Assembly: GCA_019828565.1 (NCBI GenBank)
Contig: JAHDYR010000019.1
Coordinates: 236,618-300,617, forward strand
DNA: 64,000 nt
Origin: Carpediemonas membranifera BICM
Taxonomy: Eukaryota > Protista > Fornicata
Direction of reading: 5' to 3'
Made by a program: the position numbers and the translations under genes. Shown here piece by piece: positions 44,614 through 55,600 of the stretch; positions within the stretch are counted from its first letter, which is position 1; every line of letters begins with the position of its first letter. The notes beneath the pieces were generated by a model that saw only the letters and a program-made list of their open reading frames with translations, was not told the origin of the DNA and ran no database searches.

Positions 44614-44824
44614 CCTCCTTCCTGTGCACTTTAAGGGCCGGAGGTTGTAGCGTTCTCCTGCGCGGCACAGAGGTCGCCAAGGGTTGCCCGCGATGCGCTG
44701 TGCGTTATTCCGCCTCTTTTATCGTTTTCAGAGACATCGCCAGATTTCTGCTGGAAACTCCTTCATCAGATAATCGTTGATAGTAGGCCATGCCTTTATG
44801 GTAATATAGTCAGATATGCGCAGC

Positions 44825-45295
44825 CTACTTCTTCTGCTTGTTCTTATAGTCGGCCAGCGCAGCCTTGATGGCATCCTCGGCGAGCATAGAGCAGTGCAGC
44901 TTAACGGGCGGCAGCGATAGATGCGTGCTGATGTCGGTGTTCTTGATCCCGGCAGCCTCGTCCATCGTCTTGCCCTTGATCAGCTCAGTGGCGTACGAGG
45001 AGGAAGCGACAGCGGCGCCGCATCCGAAGGTCTTGAACACAGCCTCGGTGATGCGGCCCTCGTCATCGACCTTGATCTGAAGCTTCATGACGTCTCCGCA
45101 TGCAGGGGCACCAACGATACCTGTTCCAACGTCAACGGCGGTCTTATCCATGGCCCCAACGTTGCGGGGCTTCTCGTAGTGATCCAGGAGGTCCTGGCTG
45201 TAGCTACGGCTGCCGAGGATAGCAGAAGTGAGACCATTGACCATGTTTGGCATGCTAGTAAGCATAGAAGTCCGTGAAATAAGCACTGGAAGCAT
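44825..45295 (-). CDS. ISCU: Iron-sulfur cluster scaffold IscU with N-terminal extension
   Basis: LDHYEKPRNVG, GAPACGDVMKLQI, FKTFGCG, LPPVKLHCSMLAEDAIKAA; start taken as MLPVLISRTS. Confidence 0.95.
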   Translation of the reverse strand: MLPVLISRTSMLTSMPNMVNGLTSAILGSRSYSQDLLDHYEKPRNVGAMDKTAVDVGTGIVGAPACGDVMKLQIKVDDEGRITEAVFKTFGCGAAVASSSYATELIKGKTMDEAAGIKNTDISTHLSLPPVKLHCSMLAEDAIKAALADYKNKQKK

Positions 45296-45757
45296 TTCCT
45301 CAGTGTCGTGAAAGTGGCCGTGCACTCTATGACCCGCGGCATTGGGCTCATGAGAGGAACTCGGCCCAGCGGTACGTTGGGGTCGGTGATGGTGGCACGC
45401 TACCATGTCCATCTGTGAGACGACATTGTCACTCATGGGGGTCTGGCGGCTCACCTGAACAGTCTGCCCATCTACAGTCTGATTATGATTATCCCATGAA
45501 TACGCAGCTAACACCCACAAGTACAAACGACCGGCCCTCCACCTCATGCCCCGTATATGGCCAGCTCCCCACTTGATACTGCAGCTCGCCAGCACACCGC
45601 CACCACTGATCTCGGCAAGACTGCCCCGGAGCTGAACATCGTCGCTTGCAAATCAGTCTAGCAGACTGTCACCGCCACAAACAACGGCCGGCTCGCACAG
45701 CTCAGCTCATCCATCCCAACGTGTTGTAAAGGACATTTTATTCACATTCCACGCCAA

Positions 45758-48700
45758 TCAAACATCAGTCGTCCTAATGCGGGGTACGACGTTCATGCTC
45801 GTAAGCTCCTGCATCAGGAGTTTCATCGCATACGGGATGATTACGGACACGACCTCAGACGACCCGCACGCCTCGCACGCGTACGTCCCGGACCTGAGGT
45901 TCGCCAGGGCAGGCAGACCGCACCTGCCACACACGTGCATCTTGGTGATGTCAGAGTTCCTGAGCATCCGATCGATGATGAACGCGGTCGACCCGTGGGC
46001 GATGATGGCATCCCTCTCCATCTCACCAAACCTGAGCCCACCATCCCTGGCACGGCCCTCAGTCGGCTGGCGTGTGAGGCTCGCCACAGGTCCGCGGGGC
46101 CGTGCGTGCAGCTTATCGGCGACCATATGTTTGAGTCGCTGGTAGTATGTGGGACCGACAAAGACTGGCTCGGCCATGGGCTCACCCGTGCGGCCGTCGA
46201 ACATGCGTTCGGTGCCGTATCTGTTGAAGTGGAACTGGTGCAGCTCCTCGGCGATGCTTTCGACGGTAACACCGGTAAATGGCGTTGCGTCCTGCTCGAG
46301 ACCCTTAAGCGAGCCAACCTTGCCGAGCAGACACTCGATGAGCTGGCCAATGGTCATACGGGAGGGGATAGCGTGGGGGTTGATGATGATGTCGGGAGAC
46401 ACGCCGTCGATTGTGTACGGCAGGTCTTCCTGTCTAAACTGCATACCGCATGTGCCCTTCTGACCGTGACGAGAGGAGAACTTGTCACCAATCTGTGGGA
46501 CTCGGACCGAGCGGATCCTCACCTTGATGAACGGGGCGCCGCTCTCAGACTGGGAGACGAGGACCCGGTCGACGACTCCGCTCTCGACTGCTCTGAGAGT
46601 GTTAGATGAGTTGACGGCCTCGACCTTGCCTGAAGAGTCGCGGAGCTGCGAGCCGTCACGGCCGCGGGACTCACGGAGTTTGCCGATGACGGCGTCGCCG
46701 CCGATAACAGGGGTTCCTGGGGCAACGATACCGTCCATCTGGAGCTTGGCAAACCCACTGGGGTTCAGTCGCTTAATAGCGTACTTTGCCTTGTTCTCCT
46801 CTGAGATGGGGTTCGTAATGATCTCCTTAGTTCCGAAACTGTGCGAATCCGTGGCGTCGGCGTATGTGCGGTAGTAAGAAGACCGGAAGAGACCCCTATC
46901 CACGCCTGGCATGGACATGAGCACTGAATCCTCCTGGTTGAAGCCCGTGTGGCACATGATGGCGACAATGGCGTTCACACCAGCGGGCATGTCAGGATAG
47001 TGCATGTGCCGCATGACGCGGGTGGCGACGAGGGGCCGCTGGGGGTAGTGCATGACGTGCACAGCAGTGTCCATGCGGGTCTGGAAGTTCGAGACGTACA
47101 TGCCCATGGCCTGCTTGCCCATGGCGCATCTGTGTAACACTGGGGGTGGGGTTGGGTGGAACGTACTGGTAGACGTTTCGGGGCGACTGGTTGTGGTCGG
47201 GGAAGGGGATGAGAGAGGCTGTGACGCCGAGCAGGGCGGAGGGGTGGATCTCGCAGTGAGTATATGTGCTGTCCCCGCGGACCAGGGCCTGTTGGAGGTC
47301 GTTGATCGATGAGGCGACGAGACAGGCACACTCCTCCTCGTCAACGTCAACGTACTCGATGGCACCGGCGTGGACGAGGTCATTCCACGTCAGTCTGCCG
47401 TCCGTCACCATCCGCACGTCGCTCGAGGTCAGCTTGAGCTGGGGCTTGGCCGGCTGGTCGGGGGTCGACTCGGGTGTCTCGACCACAAGGATCGGCCTGA
47501 CCACCCGACCCGCGTCACACGTGACACGGATCTCCTTGTTCATACGGTCATAAGCGATGGATGTGTCGTACGCGATCATTCTCGTCCGACGCCGCTCGAG
47601 CAGCTCGTGGAAGACGGCCGTGGGCTCGTACACGACGCCCTCCCAGCACCCGTTGATGAAGAGCTTGGTGAGCGAGGCGAGGTCAGTCGTCGAGTCGGCA
47701 GTGTCCATATCTTCGATCGTCGTGATCTCAATAGATCCGTCCAGGATCGTATCAGTGAGATCGGATACGGAGGATCCGACCGAGACTTCGGTGAGCAGGG
47801 CCAGGTTCTTGACGAGGCCGACCTGGGCACCCTCGGGGGTCTCGGCGGGGCAGATGTAGCCGAACTGGGTGCCATGAAGCTGCCGTACCTTCGTCATCTT
47901 GCCCTGGTCCTTGATACCCGCGTCCAGGCGCCTAAGATGTGACAGGGCACTGACGAATGAGAGCCGGTTGAGCTCCTGTGTCACGCCCGTGGCGGCACCG
48001 GCGGACTTGTCTGCAGACCAGTTACCCGAGCCAATGCAGTAGCGGAAGCCGGCTGTGATGATGGAATCGTCGATGAGGTTGGCGTGGGTTGTCAAGTCGA
48101 CAAAGTCAATAGAAGTCTTGAGTCGATTCCGGAGTCTGCGCTGGAGATCACGGCGGACACGAGCGAAGAGGCCTCGGAAGAGCTCCGTCATGAGTGTCCC
48201 AACCATCTTCACACGCTTGTTGGCGTAGTGATCTCTGTCATCAGGTCCCTGGCGGCCCAGGACGACGCTCAGCATCTTGTGAACCATGTAACCGAGGTAG
48301 TAACTCTTGCGGTTAGCGCTCGAGTCGCCCTGGCCCACGTGGGAGAGGAACTCGCGGTAGAGGATGCCTCTGGCCATGTCGATGCGGTCCTCGCGCTCAT
48401 ACACCTCGTATCTGTCCGAACGGAGGTTCTGGTTAATACGCTTGGAGATGAAAGCGAGTGCTCCATCCTCAGTTTGAAGGGCGCGGTCCGTGACGGGGTC
48501 GCCCCCGTGCATGAGCTCGAAAGAGGGCAGGAGCTCGCGGGCCATCTCATCGTCCTCGTTGGAGAAGATGACGCGCTTGATGATGTCCCGGTCCGTGAGC
48601 ACCGAGAGGCCTCGGAACACGAGGACAAGGGGCACCTCGCCGCGGCCGTACGGGACCTTGACGTCGATAGCGCCGACACTGCTGCCTGTGCCGTAGCGCT

Positions 48701-49439
48701 GGACGACCGATTGGTTCTCGATCTGGATGCCGTTCCGGTCCGTGGACATGACTTCGGCTGTGTGGGAGTACCGGCCCGACGCCTTGGCGAATACGAAGAC
48801 GTGGTTGTTCCTGATCTGCTCCTGTGCGATCACGACCTTCTCACGACCGTTCATGATGAAGTACGCGCCCTCATCGTACACACACTCGCCGATGCCGCCG
48901 AGGAAGGCACTGCGGGCGGCGGGGTTGTCGCCGATGGAGTTTAGGCCTGAGGTGATGGCGCAAAGCTGTGAGCGGAGGAGAACGGGGAGACGACCGAGGG
49001 GGATTTGGCGGTGTTCGAAAACGGTGGGGTGGCCTTGGTTCTCCTCTTCGGCTACAACGGCGCGAATATCTTCACCATTGATGCGGGTGGTGCGATACAG
49101 CTTGGAAGTGAAGTCGATGGATAGCTGGGTGTCGTAGGGGAGCGATCTCAGGCGGCATTCGTTGGGATAGATAACACCCAAGGTGTTCGAGTAGAGCGTG
49201 GACGCATAAACCTTGCCCATCTTGATTTCAACATCCTCTGGAGATGCTGAATACTTCACGCCAGACAAATGCTGCTGTCCACGTTGCACAACGATGGGAA
49301 GCTGACGATTGATTACAGCTGGCATCCTATCGTTGACAAAGTGATCAAAGCTACGGATCTGTTGTTGTGCAAGACCCTTTTGCCTAAACCAAGAGCCAAC
49401 GAGGGCCCAGGCAGAATCGTCGTCCACAGCCACTCCCAT
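45758..49439 (-). CDS. RPB2: RNA polymerase II second-largest subunit; intron 47130-47166
   Basis: KGLAQQQIRSF, NGREKVVIAQE, DDRDHYANKR, CPAETPEG, PFPDHNQSPRNVYQ|CAMGKQAMG, PAGVNAIVAI, NQEDS, PQIGDKFSSRHGQKGT, GGLRFGEMERD. Confidence 0.95.
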
Positions 49440-49610
49440 GCTCTCGTTTGATCAGTTTTGCGCACGAAAAAAAATTATGGGCAGCCTGCCACCGATACAG
49501 CAGACTGGAGGGCATCTTGGTTGTACAAGAGGCCCCGATGGTCGTCGGGGCACAGCTGCTGCTTAATTTCTCCTCCTTAAATTTGTCCCGAAAATACCCA
49601 TCCAACGACG

Positions 49611-52600
49611 ATGAAGAAGCTTATCCTGTTAATTTCGTTCTTTATCACAGTGGCATGGGCGTGTTCAGCTGGAGAATACGTCCACCCTGATTTCGTCGGA
49701 GAATGCCTCCCTTGCCCCGCAGGGTTTTAGTTCGTTGCGCTCGTTTCCCTAACACAGTTGCACCGACGGATATACAGCCACAGCCTGCTCAGCAGGTTCA
49801 TCTACATCGGGTACTGGCTCCACGTCGTCTTCTGACTGCACAGCGTGCTCGGCAGGCACGATGTCTCTCGAAGGTTCGTCTGCTTGTTCTGCCTGCCCGG
49901 CCGGGACGTACTCGGGCTCGGGCGCGTCATCATGCTTGGACTGCGAGAGTGACGAGTACTCCCTTGGCGGCGCTTCCAGCTGCACAACGTGCCCCGCTGG
50001 TTCTGCGTGCGCCACGACATCTTCTGCGCCGACAACTTGCTCGACCGGCTACTACTCCGAAGATGGCGATACCTCGTGCACTATATGCCCTGCTGGCTAC
50101 CGCTGTCCGACGACGACGTCGACCCCCGTGTCCTGCTCCGCCGGCACCTATGCGCCAGCCGGGTCGACCTCTTGCGGCGCATGCCCTGACGGCTACGAGT
50201 GCAGCAACCCCGCCGCGCCCACCGCTTGCAGCGACGGCCAGTACGTGGCCGCGAACCTGCTTTCGTGCGTGGACTGCGAGGCCGGGTACTACTGCCCCAG
50301 CCCCGACGAGGCGCACGTCGCTTGCGCAGACGGCTACTATCAAGACTCCACCGGCCAGCAATCCTGTGTGATTTGCCCAGCCGGCTACGAGTGCTCGGAC
50401 AAGACGAGCATGTCGGCCTGCTCGGCCGGCACATACGCTCCTGCTGGGTCGACCTCTTGCCTCCCATGCGCGGACGGCTACGAATGCTCCGATCCGACTG
50501 CGCCCACCTACTGCGCGGACGGTCAATACGTGGCAGATGACATGCAGTCGTGCGTCGACTGCGAAGCCGGCTACTACTGCCCCAGCCCCGACGTGACCCA
50601 CGTGGCGTGCGAGGCAGGCTACTATCAGGCCAGCACCGGCAAGCAGACCTGCACTGTTTGCTCAGCTGGATCGGCCTGCGCCTCAGCGACGGTCACGCCG
50701 TCGACCTGCTCCGCAGGCACCTACGCGCTTGAGGGCTCGTCGACCTGCACAACGTGCCCCGCTGGCTACTCCTGCACAACCAGCACCGCGCCCGTCGCCT
50801 GCTCGACCGGGCAGTACTCAACCGCCGGCGACGACTCCTGCCACTCATGCCCGGCCGGCAACTCCTGCGCCAACAAGGCCTCATACGACGAGTGCCCCGC
50901 CGGAACTTACTCGGCCCTCGGCTCCGCTACTTGCACCAGCTGCGCTACTGGCACCGCCTCCAGCGCGGGCGCCACGACATGCAGCAGCTGTTCGGCTGGC
51001 GAGTACGCTCTCGGCGGCGCTTCCAGCTGCACAACGTGCCCCGCTGGTTCTGCGTGCGCCACGACATCTTCTGCGCCGACAACTTGCTCGACCGGCTACT
51101 ACTCCGAAGATGGCGATACCTCGTGCACTATATGCCCTGCTGGCTACCGCTGTCCGACGACGACGTCGACCCCCGTGTCCTGCTCCGCCGGCACCTATGC
51201 GCCAGCCGGGTCGACCTCTTGCGGCGCATGCCCTGACGGCTACGAGTGCAGCAACCCCGCCGCGCCCACCGCTTGCAGCGACGGCCAGTACGTGGCCGCG
51301 AACCTGCTTTCGTGCGTGGACTGCGAGGCCGGGTACTACTGCCCCAGCCCCGACGAGGCGCATGTCGCTTGCGCAGACGGCTACTATCAGAGTTCCACCG
51401 GCCAGCAATCCTGTGTGATTTGCCCAGCCGGCTACGAGTGCTCGGACAAGACGAGCATGTCGGCCTGCTCGGCCGGCACATACGCTCCTGCTGGGTCGAC
51501 CTCTTGCCTCCCATGCGCGGACGGCTACGAATGCTCCGATCCGACTGCGCCCACCTACTGCGCGGACGGTCAATACGTGGCAGATGACATGCAGTCGTGC
51601 GTCGACTGCGAAGCCGGCTACTACTGCCCCAGCCCCGACGTGACCCACGTGGCGTGCGAGGCAGGCTACTATCAGGCCAGCACCGGCAAGCAGACCTGCA
51701 CTGTTTGCCCAGCTGGATCGGCCTGCGCCTCAGCGACGGTCACGCCGTCGACCTGCTCCGCAGGCACCTACGCGCTTGAGGGCTCGTCGACCTGCACAAC
51801 GTGCCCCGCTGGCTACTCCTGCACAACCAGCACCGCGCCCGTCGCCTGCTCGACCGGGCAGTACTCAACCGCCGGCGACGACTCCTGCCACTCATGCCCG
51901 GCCGGCAACTCCTGCGCCAACAAGGCCTCATACGACGAGTGCCCCGCCGGAACTTACTCGGCCCTCGGCTCCGCTACTTGCACCAGCTGCGCTACTGGCA
52001 CCGCCTCCAGCGCGGGCGCCACGACATGCAGCAGCTGTTCGGCTGGCGAGTACGCTCTCGGCGGTGCTTCCAGCTGCACAACGTGCCCCGCTGGTTCTGC
52101 GTGCGCCACGACATCTTCTGCGCCGACAACTTGCTCGACCGGCTACTACTCCGAAGATGGCGATACCTCGTGCACTATATGCCCTGCTGGCTACCGCTGT
52201 CCGACGACGACGTCGACCCCCGTGTCCTGCTCCGCCGGCACCTATGCGCCAGCCGGGTCGACCTCTTGCGGCGCATGCCCTGACGGCTACGAGTGCAGCA
52301 ACCCCGCCGCGCCCACCGCTTGCAGCGACGGCCAGTACGTGGCCGCGAACCTGCTTTCGTGCGTGGACTGCGAGGCCGGGTACTACTGCCCCAGCCCCGA
52401 CGAGGCGCACGTCGCTTGCGCAGACGGCTACTATCAGAGTTCCACCGGCCAGCAATCCTGCATTGCCTGTCCCGCCGGCTACGAGTGCTCTGACAAGACC
52501 ACTGCGACGGCCTGCGGAACCGGCTACTACTCTGACGCCATGTCGATGGCCTGCACCGAGTGCGCGGCCGGGTCAACCTGCTCGGCGACACCCACAACGT

Positions 52601-55600
52601 GTCCGCTAGGCACGTATGCCCTGGCTGGTGACACATCCTGCACCACCTGCCCGGCCGGCTACGGATGCCCGACGACGTCCTCCGCCCCCGTGGCCTGCTC
52701 AAGCGGTCAGTACGTGAGCCCGACGACCTATGCCTGCCTCGCAGTCCCCGCCGGGTACTACGCCGCGACGCCCGCAGACAGCATTGCCGCATGCGCCGCA
52801 GGCTATTACTCCACCGGGAGCGCGACCGCCTGTACTACTTGCCCCGCTGGTCAGGCCTGCCCCAACGCCGACGGCACTGGCATCGTCAGCTGCCTCGCTG
52901 GCTACTATAGCGCAGCCGGGTCGACCGACTGTACCGAGTGCACCGAGGGCTTCTACTGCCCGGATACCACCCTGGCCGTCGAGCGCCCCTGCCCATCCGG
53001 CTACTACTCGGATAGTGGCGCCACATCCTGCACAAAGTGTGAGGCCGGCTACGGTTGCCCCACGGGCGCGCTTACCGATAAGGTGACCTGTGTCACTGGT
53101 CAGTACGCCATCTCTGGGTCGACCTCTTGCACCACTTGCCCTGCCGGGTACAAGTGCGTCGACACTGTCACCGCTCCCGTGGCCTGCTCCACGGGCGAGT
53201 ATGCTCCTGCCGGGTCGACCGACTGCACGGTCTGCCCCCAGGGCTACTATTGCCCGTACACAGACTCGCCCACGGTCACCCCCTGCGCCGACGGCTACTA
53301 CTCGACCGGTGGTGCGACGTCGTGCACCGCGTGTGACGCTGGATCGTACTGCCCCGACCGGATTGGCACGATGAACGCTTGCTCTTCGGGCTCGTTCTCG
53401 CTCGGCGGTACCACTCTCTGCACCACCTGCCCCGCTGGCTACAAGTGCGCCGACAGCAGTGTCGCTCCCGTCGCCTGCGCCTCCGGCTGGTACTCTGCCG
53501 AGGGCGCCACGACCTGCACTATCTGCCCTGCCGGCTACGAGTGCCCCTCCGCGTCCAGCGGCCCCTCGGGTTGCCCTGCCGGGTACTATGCTCCCGAGGG
53601 ATCCATCGCCTGCACTGTCTGTGACGCCGGCTACGTCTGCCCTGCTAACTCGGACTCGGCCACTCCGGCCGGCGCTGTTTGCTCGCTCGGATCATACTGC
53701 CCCGCCGGCACCTCGGCTGAGTACCCCTGCCCCGCGGGCACGTACGGCTCGTCCACTGGCCTTGCCTCTGCTGCTGAATGCACAGCTTGCCCCGAGGGTT
53801 ACTTCTGTCCTGCCGGTATTGAAGACCCTGCCGACCTCGGCACGACATACATCTGCCCGACCGGCTACTACTGTCCCGACGGCACTGGTGCTTCTAACAC
53901 CAACCCTTGCCCGGGCGGCACTTATTACTCCGGGACGGGTGCCACGACTGTCGGCGACTGTGCCAGCTGCACCGCCGGCAACTACTGCCCTACTGGGTCG
54001 AGTAGCGAGACCGTCTGCCCTGCTGGGTACTACTGCCTCGTCTCCTCTGCTACGTACGCTGGTACCCCGTGCCCGGCTGGCACGTATTTCAGTGGCACTG
54101 GCGCTGAGACCGAGGACGAGTGCGTCACCTGCCCCGCCGGGTCCTACTGCCGTTCCGGGTCGACTGCCGCCACAGCCTGCCCCGCTGGTACGTATCGCGA
54201 CATCACTGGCGGCAGCGACGTGTCAAGCTGCTCTGAGTGCACGGCTAGCTACGTTTGCTCCGGCACTGGCACAGTCACCCCGACTGTCGCATGCGCCCCT
54301 GGCCACTACTGCCCCGCTGGTACCGCCTCGACGACGGAGTACCCCTGCCCTGCTGGCACGTACACCGACTCGACCACGCTGACCGACTTCAGCCAATGCA
54401 CCATCTGCCCCGAGGGATACTACTGCCTCTCTGGTACCGGCGGCACTTCCCCGCCGACAACATGCCCTACTGGGTACTACTGCCCCGAGGGCACCGGATC
54501 CCCCGTGCAGTGGCCCTGCCCTGCTGGCACGTATAACGATCAGACCGGCCAGATCTCCATGGATGACTGTGTCGCGTGTCCCGAGGGGTCCTACTGCCTC
54601 GAGGCCTCTACCGACCCGACTGCTACGTGTCCCGCAGGCTACTACTGCCCCCTCGGCACCCAGTCATCGACGGAGAACCCCTGCGACCCCGGCACATATA
54701 ATCCCCTGACTGCTCAGACTAGCGACGCCGCGTGTGACCCCTGCCCCACCGGCCACTACTGCCTCAAGGGCACGTCCACGCCCGCTGAGTGCCCCGCCAC
54801 GACATACTCTGACGTGACTGGCGCCCAGTCAGCAGGCCCTGGCACCATTGGCACGGCTTGCGCCACCTGCCCTGCTGGCCACTACTGCGAGTCTGGCACA
54901 GTTAACCCCGCCGAGTGCACGACCGGCTACTACTCCGCCTCGGGTGCGTCTGCCTGCACTGCGTGCACGGCGGGTCACTACTGCTCGACCTCGACCACCA
55001 CGAAGACTGAGATGATCGCCCAGGTCTGCAGTGCCGGGCTCTACTGCCCCACCGGCCAGGACACCGTGCCTGACAGCACCAACGAGCCCTGCCCCGTTGG
55101 CCAGTACTGCGAGGCCGGTGTCGCCGCCCCTGTGGACTGCCCTCCTGGCACTTTCAGGTCGACCACCGGCGCTGAAGCCGAGGGTGACTGCGAGACTTGC
55201 CCCGCCGGGTCCTACTGTGTCGGCGGCGAGTCAGCTGTCACTGGCGCCTGCGACGAAGGCTACTACTGCGAGGCCGGGTCCACCGCATCCACAGAAGAGG
55301 CCTGCCCCGCGGGCACATACCGCAACACTTCGGGTGCCGACTCTGTCGACGCCTGCCCGGTCTGCCCGGCGGGCTACTACTGCCCCACAGCAACCGACGA
55401 GCCCCTTGACTGCCCCATCGGGTACTACTGCATGGAGGGCTCGCCAGTCCCGTTGCCCTGCCCTCTCGGTACATACGGCAACACGCTCAACAAGGAGTCT
55501 GTCGAATTGTGCACGGACTGCCCTGAAGGGTCATACTGTGACGGTCTCGGCCTCACGTCAGCCACCGGCCTCTGTGACCGCGGCTACTACTGCGTGGGAG

